Shown here one piece after another: positions 9,189 to 18,203 of a stretch of 64,000 nucleotides of DNA; the stretch's first letter is position 1, and every line of letters begins with the position of its first letter. A program made the translations under genes and the position numbers. This DNA comes from an uncultured delta proteobacterium. GTDB taxonomy: Bacteria; Desulfobacterota; Desulfomonilia; Desulfomonilales; Desulfomonilaceae. The notes below the pieces were generated by a model. It did no database searches, had not been told where the DNA came from, and saw nothing but the letters and a program-made list of their open reading frames with translations. The stretch lies in the NCBI GenBank assembly GCA_963789265.1, contig CAWBKB010000004.1, forward strand, positions 268,586 through 332,585, given 5' to 3'.

Positions 9189-10049
9189 TTGACCCTCCGG
9201 AGAATTGATGTTAACCGCGCAGGGCGGAACTGTGCATGCTTTTTCAGTAGTGCGAATTGGCTGATTTGGAGGCAATTGCTCATGGGTGTGGGGGTGCTTG
9301 GCAATCTATCGAATGATAAAAAATGTCTCTGCGAGGATTTGGGGGTAATCGGCGTTTCCGAGGCTGAGCGGCTTATGTCCGCATGGCAAGCCCTCCATGT
9401 TTCCGGAAATGTTCCGGATATATTGCTGTTCCTTGCGCACCCGAAGACAGTAGCGGTGGGGCTACGAGACAGGCGCGTGCACTGGCCGAAGGACCTCCTG
9501 GTAAGCACGAAACGGCTCGAAGATGAGGGGATTGCCCTAGCCCGCTCTCTGCGTGGGGGGGGCATCACGTATCATTGGCCCGGCCAGAGAGTCTGCTATC
9601 CGGTGCTAGCTCTGCATCCCGATGAGAGAGACGTGCCACTGTATATGCAAAAGCTCGAGCAGGTCTGCATCGAAGCATTGCGTTGTTTCGATGTGGAGGC
9701 CAAACGTCGTCGGGAAAGCCCTGCGCATGTGGGATTGTGGCTGGACGGAAGAAAACTTGTTTCTATGGGGGTTCGCGTAAGTAGCTGGGTGACGAGCTTC
9801 GGCTTTGCGTTGAACCTCGAAGGCGATCACCGCCCAGCTAACTATATAAGACCCTGTGGCCTTGAGGGAGTGAGGCTGACTACCCTCGAAGAAGTGCATG
9901 GGAAGGCTCCACCTCGTTCATGGGTCATTGAAGCATTGACCAGAAGCTTCGTAAAGGTGTTCGGCCGGACCGTAGAACGAATTCCGGTCGGTTGTGTGAA
10001 CGGGATCTGTTCCTCCGCGGAACGGACCCACGACTCCGTGACAGGATGA
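9189..10049 (+). CDS. lipB: Lipoyl(octanoyl) transferase; true start probably further downstream
   Basis: RGGGITYHWPGQ, KLVSMG, GFALN and IRPCG motifs; upstream of a 2-oxoacid dehydrogenase operon. Confidence 0.85.
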   Translation: MTLRRIDVNRAGRNCACFFSSANWLIWRQLLMGVGVLGNLSNDKKCLCEDLGVIGVSEAERLMSAWQALHVSGNVPDILLFLAHPKTVAVGLRDRRVHWPKDLLVSTKRLEDEGIALARSLRGGGITYHWPGQRVCYPVLALHPDERDVPLYMQKLEQVCIEALRCFDVEAKRRRESPAHVGLWLDGRKLVSMGVRVSSWVTSFGFALNLEGDHRPANYIRPCGLEGVRLTTLEEVHGKAPPRSWVIEALTRSFVKVFGRTVERIPVGCVNGICSSAERTHDSVTG

Positions 10050-11116
10050 GGCACATGGCAGAAAAAACCCTAATTCAGGTAATGGATCCTGCAGGTCGTG
10101 TGGATGAGTCCGCGATCAAGGAGATTTCCGAGTCAGAAATCAACAACATGTATCGGCTCATGGTTTTCACGCGCCTGTGGAATTCTAAGGCACTGAGCCT
10201 TCAACGCCAGGGGCGGCTCGGAACACTTGCTTCTGTGCGAGGCCAAGAAGCATCTAATGTGGGCATGGGCTTGGCGCTGGGACCGAAAGACTGGTTTTGT
10301 CCTGCATTCCGTGAATACGGCGCATTCTTTGCCAAAGGAGCGGATCCGGTGACGATGTTCCAGCACTGGGGCGGTGACGACCGGGGAGCCAAGCCGCCTG
10401 AGGACTCTAGGGTCTTGCCGGTCTGCATCACTGTGGGATCCCATCTTTGCCACGCTGCCGGGATAGCCTGGGGGGCCAAAATTCGCGGGGAACGAATTGC
10501 CGTGCTGTCCAGTTCGGGGGACGGCTCAACCTCTCAGGGAGATTTCCACGAAAGCCTGAACTTCGCGGGCGTGTTCAAGCTTCCGGTTGTATTCGCAATT
10601 CAAAACAATCATTGGGCTATATCCGTTCCCGTGGAACACCAGACCGCGACTGAAACCCTGTCTGAAAAGGCGTGCGCTTACAACATAGAGGGAGCACGGG
10701 TTGACGGTAACGACGTTTTCGCAGTGTACTTGACCTTGAAACGCATGCTGGACAAGGCGAGGTCGGATTTTCAACCATCACTGGTGGAGTTGGTCACATA
10801 CAGGGTGGATGATCATACCACTTCGGATGACGCCAGCAGATACCGCAAAGAAGAAATTCTGGCGCCGTGGCGTGAAAAAGACCCTATCGACAGGATGCGC
10901 AAATACTTGATGGCCGAGAGAGGGTGGGACGACAAAAAAGAAGAGCAATTGGTAACTGAATGCACAGACGAGATAGAGCAGGCTGTTCGCGATTTTGAAG
11001 CCTTAGAGCCGGCCCATCCAACCCATATATTTGATTATGAGTACGCAGAAATGCCCTGGCATCTACGAGAGCAGAAAGAAGAAATGCTTGAACATCTGGG
11101 CGAGTCCAAGAGGTGA
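10046..11116 (+). CDS. pdhA: Pyruvate/2-oxoacid dehydrogenase E1 alpha subunit
   Basis: LQRQGR, GQEA, TPP motif GDG..NN, HTTSDD; start at 10046 (ATGA overlap) or 10055. Confidence 0.9.
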   Translation: MRHMAEKTLIQVMDPAGRVDESAIKEISESEINNMYRLMVFTRLWNSKALSLQRQGRLGTLASVRGQEASNVGMGLALGPKDWFCPAFREYGAFFAKGADPVTMFQHWGGDDRGAKPPEDSRVLPVCITVGSHLCHAAGIAWGAKIRGERIAVLSSSGDGSTSQGDFHESLNFAGVFKLPVVFAIQNNHWAISVPVEHQTATETLSEKACAYNIEGARVDGNDVFAVYLTLKRMLDKARSDFQPSLVELVTYRVDDHTTSDDASRYRKEEILAPWREKDPIDRMRKYLMAERGWDDKKEEQLVTECTDEIEQAVRDFEALEPAHPTHIFDYEYAEMPWHLREQKEEMLEHLGESKR

Positions 11117-11119
11117 ATC

Positions 11120-12101
11120 ATGGCGCGTTTATCAATGGTTGAAGCCATCAACCGCACGTTGCACGAGCTTATGCAAAAGGACGAGAGAATTGTCGTGATG
11201 GGCGAGGACGTGGCGGTGGATGGGGGCGTTTTCAGAGCCACAGTAGGGCTCCTTGACAAGTTCGGCTCTGCGCGGGTTATCGACACACCCCTGGCAGAGA
11301 GCAGCATAGTCGGCACGGCAATAGGAATGGCAATTTATGGGATGCGCCCAGTTGCCGAGATCCAATTTGAGGGATTCATGTTCAAGGGCTACGACCAGGT
11401 TTACAGCCATGCCGCCAGAATGCGCAAACGCTCTCAAGGGCTTTACGAGGTCCCGCTGGTCATTCGAGCCCCTTATGGCGCGGGGGTCAGGGCACTTGAG
11501 CATCACTCCGACGCTCCGGAGGTTTCTTTTTGCGCATCTTCCCGGTATGAAAGTGGTCATACCATCCACGCCGTCGGACGCCAAAGGACTTCTGACTTCT
11601 GCCATTGAAGATCCGGACCCGGTCATCTTTCTTGAGCCCAAACGCCTTTACCGGCTCTTCAAAGAAGAAGTTCCCGACGGGGATCATCGTGTTCCGATCG
11701 GAGACGCTCGAATAGTTCGGGAAGGTAAAGACATATCTGTCATCACGTATGGCGGGATGGTGTCGGTCTGTGAAAGGGCAGCTCAACATGTAGAAAAGGA
11801 AGGAGTTGACGCGGAAGTGGTCGATCTGCGGACGGTCTGGCCGTTTGACATCGATGCGATTACGTCTTCAGTGAAGAAAACCGGCCGCCTGGTTATCGTC
11901 CATGAGGCTCCGCGCTCGTTTGGGGTTGGGGCGGAAATATCCGCGGAGGTGGGAGAGCGCTGTCTGCTTTCCCTGTTGGCGCCGATAAAACGTGTCACCG
12001 GATACGATGTAATACCACCATTGTCCAAGCTTGAAGAGTATAACTATCCTGACTCCGAACGAGTTGTAAGGGCCATCCACGACACCATGGAATTTGAGTA
12101 A
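11120..12101 (+). CDS. pdhB: E1 beta subunit, frameshifted near 11523-11531
   Basis: GEDV..GGVFR and DTPLAES in ORF 11120-11608; the C-half (PGMKVVIPS, FLEPK, DLRT) is in ORF 11337-12101; apparent extra T in GGTTTCTTTTTG. Confidence 0.88.
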
Positions 12102-12129
12102 TTATTACGGTTCAGGGAGGATCTTGCTC

Positions 12130-13438
12130 ATGAGAGAAGTATTCAGGCTTCCCGACGTAGGGGAGGGAATTGCTGAAGCGGAAATCGTCGAGTACCTGGT
12201 TAAGGTCGGCGACAATGTCAAGGCAGATCAGCCTGTTGTTCGCATAGAAACGGATAAGGCAGTGGTGGAACTCCCCGCTCCTGTGACAGGGAAGGTGGTG
12301 GAAATCCCCAACGAGCCGGGGAGCACCATTCGGGTGGGAGATCCGTTGCTGATAATCGAGACCGAAGCTGAAGCCAAGAAAGGGAAAGCCGAAGCCGGGG
12401 AGCGCCCTAAGCCTGCCCCCAAGGAGGAAAAGGAGGAAGCTGAACGGAAGCCGGAGCCCAAGCGGGAAAAGGCCAAGGCTGAGGAGCGGGAGGAGGAGCC
12501 GCCGAAAGAGGCACCTGAAGCCCCAAGGGTCCTGGCGACCCCGCACACTCGGCGCCTTGCACGGGAACTTAAAGTCGATATAAGCACCGTGAAAGGTTCA
12601 GGCTCGCACCGACGCATAACAGACGATGATGTGCGAAAGGCCGCTGAAAAGGCCCCATCTCCACGGCCCAAGGGACCCACCGCCGCGGCAATTCAGGCTC
12701 CTGCAACCGCGGGGTTTGATTTCGAAAAGTACGGTCCCACCAGACGTGTCCCGCTAAAAGGCGTGCGCAAGCGTATTGCTGAAGTCATGGTGCGGTCCGT
12801 ATCGACTGTTCCGCATGTTACGCATTTTGATGAAGCCGACGTGACCGAACTCCTCGAGGTGGTGGACCACGAGCGGACCCTGGCCGAACGCCGCGGCATC
12901 AAGCTTACGATCCTTTCCTTTTTGGCCAAGGCGTGCACCGCAGCGCTAAAGGAGCACCCGGCGGTCAATTGTTCGCTCGATGAGGAGACGGGTGAGTTAG
13001 TTTACAAGGACTACTATCATATTGGTTTTGCCACGGATACCGAAGCGGGTCTGATGGTCCCGGTGGTGCGCGACGTGGACAAGAAGTCGATCCTGCAAAT
13101 TGCTGAAGATTTACAAGAATTGAGCCGAAATGCACGAGACAGAACCATAGATTTGGAGAGTTTGCGGGGAGGTGACTTTCACTATCACCAATGTCGGCGC
13201 CATCGGCGGTAACTGGGCAACGCCAATCATACTGCACCCGCAGGTCGCGATATTGTGCTCACTGCGAGCCGCGCCCAAGCCTGTGGTACGTGACGGGCAA
13301 GTGGTGATCCGTACCATGATGCCACTGACGCTTTCATTCGATCATCGCGTCCTGGATGGGGCTACTGCCGGTCGCTTTGTCAATTTTGTCATCGACCTGC
13401 TGGAAGATCCCCTGCGCATGCTGGTGGACGTAGCTTGA
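12130..13438 (+). CDS. pdhC: Dihydrolipoamide acyltransferase E2 (one lipoyl domain), frameshifted near 13173
   Basis: ETDKA lipoyl motif and E3-binding ATPHTRRLA; TFTITN and DHRVLDG continue in the next frame after GGAGGTGACTTTC. Confidence 0.88.
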
Positions 13439-13501
13439 TGGTATCATGAGTGAAACTTGAGCTTTCAGACGGAATTGTTACATTTTTGAGGAGGAACTAT
13501 C

Positions 13502-14920
13502 ATGGTCGTAGGTGATTTCGCCCAGGGCACACAGGTTGCCGTGATCGGCAGCGGTGTGGGAGGATATGTTGCGGCTATTCGGGCCGCCCAGTTGGGCCTG
13601 GAGGTCACTCTGGTCGAAAAGGGAATCCTGGGTGGGGTTTGCCTCAATGTGGGCTGCATTCCTTCCAAAGCGTTGATATATGTGGCCGATCTGAAGGATC
13701 GCATCGAACATGCCGATAAGATCGGCTTGATCACCACTACAGTCAAGGTGGACATTCCAAAGCTGGTGCAATGGAAGGATCAAGTCGTCAAGAAACTCCG
13801 CAAGGGGGTAGAGACCCTTCTCTCCCACCATAAAGTCGAAGTAGTCGCAGGCACGGCGCATCTCACAGGAGATCGGTCTTTCACAGTGGAAGGGCCTGAC
13901 GGTGTGCACCGCTTCGAGTTCCAACATGCCATTCTGGCCACAGGCTCATCGCCCGCGCAGCTTCCCGGCATCCCTTATGACGGCAAGATCGTCATTGATT
14001 CAACGGATGCCCTGAAGCCGCAGAATATACCTGGTCGGCTCATCGTGGTTGGGGCCGGCTCAGTAGGGCTGGAAATGGGAATGCTGTATGCGAAGTTGGG
14101 CAGTGAAGTAACGATGCTGGATAGTGCCGACAAGCTGCTTCCCACACTGGATCCCCAAATTGCCAGGGTCATCGAGCGGGCGCTCAATAGGCTCAATGTG
14201 AAGCTGATATTGGGAGCGAAGGTGAAGGAGTTGAAGAAAGTAGATTCCGGCGCTGAATTGCACTACATCACCCCAAAAGGGGAAGAATCCTCGGAGGCGG
14301 ATCAGATCCTCGTTGGAATCGGCCGACGCCCCAACACAAGCGACCTGGGAATAGAGAAAGCGGGAATTAAGCTTGATTCAAGAGGATTCGTCGTAGTAAA
14401 CGAGCGCATGGAGACGTCAGTCCCCGGTATATTCGCAATCGGGGACATGGTAGCCGGACAAATGTTGGCCCACAAAGCCATGTACCAGGGAAAGGTGGCG
14501 GCGGAGGTAATAGCCGGGCAGCCCGCGGCATTTGAAGGAGTGGAGGTACCTGGAGTAATCTTCAGCGACCCGGAGATTGCCACCGTAGGCTTGACGGAAC
14601 AGGAAGCCGAGGCCAGGAATATCAAGGTAAAGACAGGAGTCTTCCCTTTTAGGGCATCCGGCAGAGCGATGACGATGGGGGAAGAAAGCTACGGGTTCAG
14701 CAAAGTAGTGTCCGATGCGGAAACCGGCACAGTGCTGGGGGTACATATTGTAGGTCCGCATGCCTCGGATCTCATCTCGGAGGGGTGCCTGGCGGTCGCG
14801 TCCGTGTCCCACGTGGACGATCTAACACTGACTATTCATCCTCACCCTACGCTCCCCGAAAGCATAGAAGAAGCCGCAGAGCAAGTAGAACACCGGGCGA
14901 TCCACATCTTTAACCCATAG
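13502..14920 (+). CDS. lpdA: Dihydrolipoyl dehydrogenase E3
   Basis: FAD-binding GSGVGG, GGVCLNVGCIP disulfide motif, HPHPTLPE. Confidence 0.95.
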   Translation: MVVGDFAQGTQVAVIGSGVGGYVAAIRAAQLGLEVTLVEKGILGGVCLNVGCIPSKALIYVADLKDRIEHADKIGLITTTVKVDIPKLVQWKDQVVKKLRKGVETLLSHHKVEVVAGTAHLTGDRSFTVEGPDGVHRFEFQHAILATGSSPAQLPGIPYDGKIVIDSTDALKPQNIPGRLIVVGAGSVGLEMGMLYAKLGSEVTMLDSADKLLPTLDPQIARVIERALNRLNVKLILGAKVKELKKVDSGAELHYITPKGEESSEADQILVGIGRRPNTSDLGIEKAGIKLDSRGFVVVNERMETSVPGIFAIGDMVAGQMLAHKAMYQGKVAAEVIAGQPAAFEGVEVPGVIFSDPEIATVGLTEQEAEARNIKVKTGVFPFRASGRAMTMGEESYGFSKVVSDAETGTVLGVHIVGPHASDLISEGCLAVASVSHVDDLTLTIHPHPTLPESIEEAAEQVEHRAIHIFNP

Positions 14921-14952
14921 GGGAAGGGGTGGCATGGCAGGAGGAAAGTTTC

Positions 14953-15612
14953 ATGAAAAAGTCAGTCTGTGTGCCCATCACACTAGTCCTTTTCTTGTGT
15001 TGCGCCGCCTCGGTTCGGGTTTATGGGGCCGCATTGGACGAAGAGCTCTTGGACGCGGTGAGGGCTGGGGATGCCAATAAAGTCGAGGAACTCCTGTCAA
15101 AGGGAGCCAATGTGAACGTCAAGGACGAGGACGGCTTCACACCGTTAATGGAGGCTTCGGTTGAAGGGAACACGGAGGTCGTCAAACTGCTCCTCGCAAA
15201 AGGGGCGGATGTCAATGCCAAGAATGAAGACGGCGACACGGCTCTTATTGCAGCCGCTTTCGCGGGACACACTCAGCTTATGAAGGTGTTGCTGGACAAA
15301 GGGGCGGATGTCAATGCAACCAACAAAGACGGCGTGTCGGCCCTGTTCGGTGCAGCTTTCGAAGGGCGGCCCGAGGTTGTGAAACTTCTGTTGGACAAGG
15401 GAGCGGATGTCAATGCTCAGGAGAGTAGGAACGGCGCTACACCCTTGATCGTAGCGGCTTTCGAAGGACATAGAGAGGTGATCGAACAACTTCTTGCTAA
15501 AGGCGCGAATGTCAACGCAAAGGACAATGATGGAAACACCTCTTTGAGTATGGCCACGACCAGAAGCAATACAGCCATTGCGGAATTGTTGAAAGCTCGT
15601 GGAGCCAAGTGA
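14953..15612 (+). CDS. Secreted ankyrin-repeat protein
   Basis: Signal peptide MKKSV..., then five to six G.T(P/A)L..A...G....V..LL.KGADVN repeats. Confidence 0.9.
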   Translation: MKKSVCVPITLVLFLCCAASVRVYGAALDEELLDAVRAGDANKVEELLSKGANVNVKDEDGFTPLMEASVEGNTEVVKLLLAKGADVNAKNEDGDTALIAAAFAGHTQLMKVLLDKGADVNATNKDGVSALFGAAFEGRPEVVKLLLDKGADVNAQESRNGATPLIVAAFEGHREVIEQLLAKGANVNAKDNDGNTSLSMATTRSNTAIAELLKARGAK

Positions 15613-15680
15613 AGCCGACATAAACGATTATCGTGGAGAGCACAGGTACTCTAAATTCGGTCTAGTATTCTCGTACCATT

Positions 15681-15756
15681 GCCGTCATTCCCCAGTACGC
15701 GGTTCCTCGCAACGTGGGACGGTTCTGGTCCCCGGATCGGTGTCCGGGGTGACGGC
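15681..15756. repeat. RPE-like palindrome (GCCGTCA...CCCCGGATCGGTGTCCGGGG TGACGGC)
   Basis: 7 bp terminal IR with an inner CCCCGGA/TCCGGGG hairpin. Confidence 0.5.
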
Positions 15757-16106
15757 GTCAGATAAGATTGCAAGCACGCGCAACATCGCCCGAAATAGGA
15801 CACAGTATTTAGGAAATCGGGTATAAGTACTTTGATTAATAAGTTCGGTCGCGCATTTTGATTGTGGGGATTGCTTTTTCGCGGGCCGCGGTACTTCCTA
15901 CATGCCATGAGCAACCTAACAGAGCAATATCCCATTCGGCGCCATGTTCCTAACAGCACCGAACTTGTTGATCAGAGTACTGGGTCTTTACATCACGTAA
16001 ATAAATTTGACACTCCCCTAGTCTGAACAGGACACCGAGCGTATGCCCGCAAGGGCTTTTGACGCTTCCGGTCGAGTTGGTTCTTATAACCATGCATCCC
16101 ACAAGT

Positions 16107-16122
16107 TGGCACGCGGTTTGCT
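16107..16122 (+). promoter_or_regulatory. sigma54 (-24/-12) promoter
   Basis: TGGCACGCGGTTTGCT is an exact match to TGGCACG-N4-TTGCW, about 80 bp upstream of phoU. Confidence 0.8.
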
Positions 16123-16200
16123 TGACTTGAGCAATGCCGCCTGATTCGAGATGACATGTCGGCCTCCGATACGTCCCGGAAGGGCCGGCGGGAGAACCAG

Positions 16201-16899
16201 ATGAGGAACAATGTGCGCCGGAGGCTCCTCAGAAAGATAGAAGAATTGAATAAACGCCTTCTTGCGCTGGGAGCACAAGTGGAAGAGAGCGTCTATCTTG
16301 CTGTGAAGGCGATCGATCGCAGAGACGCGGAACTGGCCGCGAGGGTCATTGACGGTGACTTTGATATAGACCGCAAAGAAGTTGACCTGGAAGAGGAATG
16401 CCTCGAAATTCTTGCCCTACATCAGCCCGTAGCTATCGACTTGAGACACATTATGGCAGTGCTCAAAATAAACAAAGATCTTGAAAGAGCGGGGGACCTG
16501 GCGGTCAACATAGCGGAAACCGCGATTAATCTCAGCAGCAGGCCGACCATGTGTGTGCCCGAAGACTACTTTGTGATGGCGCAACAGACTCAGAGCATGC
16601 TGAAGAAAAGCCTCGACGCATTCGTCAATCTATCCGCGGACACTGCATACGAAGTGCTGGCGCAGGATGACGAAGTGGATCGTAAGAAACATACTTTGCA
16701 CAAGCAATTTGAAGAAAGATTGTTGGAAGAGCCGGATTTGATTCAGCCGTTAATTCATTTATTCCTGGTTTCCAGGCATCTGGAGCGCATAGCGGATTTG
16801 GCGACCAATATTGCGGAAGAGGTCATTTACATGGTGACCGGGGAAATCGTACGACATGGGGTAGACCAAGGTTATTGGGCTCATGGGAGTTTCCGGTGA
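16201..16899 (+). CDS. phoU: Phosphate signalling complex protein PhoU
   Basis: QPVAIDLR, DLERAGDLAVNIA, DDEVD and HLERIADLATNIAEEV; GGAG RBS before 16201. Confidence 0.93.
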   Translation: MRNNVRRRLLRKIEELNKRLLALGAQVEESVYLAVKAIDRRDAELAARVIDGDFDIDRKEVDLEEECLEILALHQPVAIDLRHIMAVLKINKDLERAGDLAVNIAETAINLSSRPTMCVPEDYFVMAQQTQSMLKKSLDAFVNLSADTAYEVLAQDDEVDRKKHTLHKQFEERLLEEPDLIQPLIHLFLVSRHLERIADLATNIAEEVIYMVTGEIVRHGVDQGYWAHGSFR

Positions 16900-17045
16900 A
16901 TCCGTGTACCTGCCCTTATATTTGGGCTGCCGGGACTCGGCTCTTGCCCTCCTCTATTCGAGAGGGCGGACCCAAAGGGGATCTCCATCTCAGGGGACTC
17001 CTGGCCCAAGCGTCTTCGTCACCTGTCAAAGGGTCGCGGGTTGAG

Positions 17046-17456
17046 TTAACTTGCCTTGCGCTTGCTTGTGACGAGTTTTCCGGAGGATCTGGTTTTGCGG
17101 TACGCAGGTTTTTTGGGCGCCCTGCACCTGTTTTTACCGACTGCATATTTCCTTGAGGTCTTTTTTTTGTGGCTTGAGAGCCTCTTTGATTTGGTGAGTT
17201 TGTGGCGGGTGGATTTTACTCTTGAAAACTTTTTCTTGGCGCTAGGCTTGTTTTCCGTTGAGGTTTTTTTATCGTGGGCTCTAAGAAGTTTGACTAGACT
17301 ATCGGTCGGAGTGAATTTGTGGCACCTGAGCCTGTGAGAAGGTTTAGTCTTCACTTGAGGTTGTCGGGCGAACGAGCCTTCGGCAATAAACGCGACAAAT
17401 CCCAAAGCCAAAAATGTCCCCAATAACAGTATCCTTGGCATTACACTATGCTCCAC
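17046..17456 (-). CDS. Lys/Arg-rich exported hypothetical protein
   Basis: N-terminal hydrophobic segment followed by a very basic low-complexity tail; good promoter immediately upstream. Confidence 0.55.
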   Translation of the reverse strand: MEHSVMPRILLLGTFLALGFVAFIAEGSFARQPQVKTKPSHRLRCHKFTPTDSLVKLLRAHDKKTSTENKPSAKKKFSRVKSTRHKLTKSKRLSSHKKKTSRKYAVGKNRCRAPKKPAYRKTRSSGKLVTSKRKAS

Positions 17457-17474
17457 AGTTATACGATTTAGCCA

Positions 17475-17503
17475 ACATTACCGAATTTAATATGATTTGT
17501 CAA
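17475..17503 (-). promoter_or_regulatory. sigma70-type promoter
   Basis: Minus strand TTGACA-17 nt-TAATGT. Confidence 0.5.
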
Positions 17504-17525
17504 TATAAGGATAATATTAACATCA

Positions 17526-17996
17526 TCATCCGGTTATCTCGGAAAGTCGAGGCAATGACAAGGCTATGGCCAAGATAATGACCGCAATAACGGAAATGAT
17601 TACGAGAATGTCCGGAAGAACCGAAAAAACGGCCTCTCCTCTGTTTATGTGTCTTCTTATCCTTAGAAACCGAACACCCGACATAAGCATAGCCAAACCG
17701 GCCAGGAAGAATGAGAAGAGACTGAGATAGATGGCGTGAGGAGATGCCTTCAGATGCGACGTTTGGCCGCCGAGTTGGCCGAGTTGTAGGAGGTGTTTCA
17801 GGAAAATGTCGAAGCGTTCAATGACAAAACCAAAAGCGAGAAGCGCAATGCTGGTGCGAGACCATGCCAGAAAAGTGCGTTCATTGGCCATGTGGCTCCG
17901 TTGCCACGCGAGAAATATCCGATCATCGCTCATTACGTCTGGGGGTCTTGGCTGTCTGATACGGATTCCGCTGTCGTCGTCAGGCTCCTTGTTCAT
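17526..17996 (-). CDS. DUF202/YidH-family membrane protein
   Basis: RSHMANERTFLAWSRT signature and three hydrophobic segments. Confidence 0.88.
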   Translation of the reverse strand: MNKEPDDDSGIRIRQPRPPDVMSDDRIFLAWQRSHMANERTFLAWSRTSIALLAFGFVIERFDIFLKHLLQLGQLGGQTSHLKASPHAIYLSLFSFFLAGLAMLMSGVRFLRIRRHINRGEAVFSVLPDILVIISVIAVIILAIALSLPRLSEITG

Positions 17997-18203
17997 TGTA
18001 CCAATTCCTCCGGCAAGTGAGGTAGCATTTCATCCCGGGTATCTAAGGTCTTAATTGCAGCGTTTGTCTTTGATGTCAACCGGTATCGTGTCGTCCGGAC
18101 GGAGAGCCGCTGGTTGTTTGCCGAATCGCCGTCATGTGATTTTCGGTCATGAAGCAGTGACAAACGCTCCCCTTCCATCACGACAAATCCTTCGAGGAAT
18201 TGA

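Noticed and set aside
2902..14920. Link between the TusA/DsrE2 module and lipB as an sHdr-LbpA sulfur oxidation system
   Set aside because: No shdr or lbpA genes are present, and lipB is explained by the adjacent E2 lipoyl domain.
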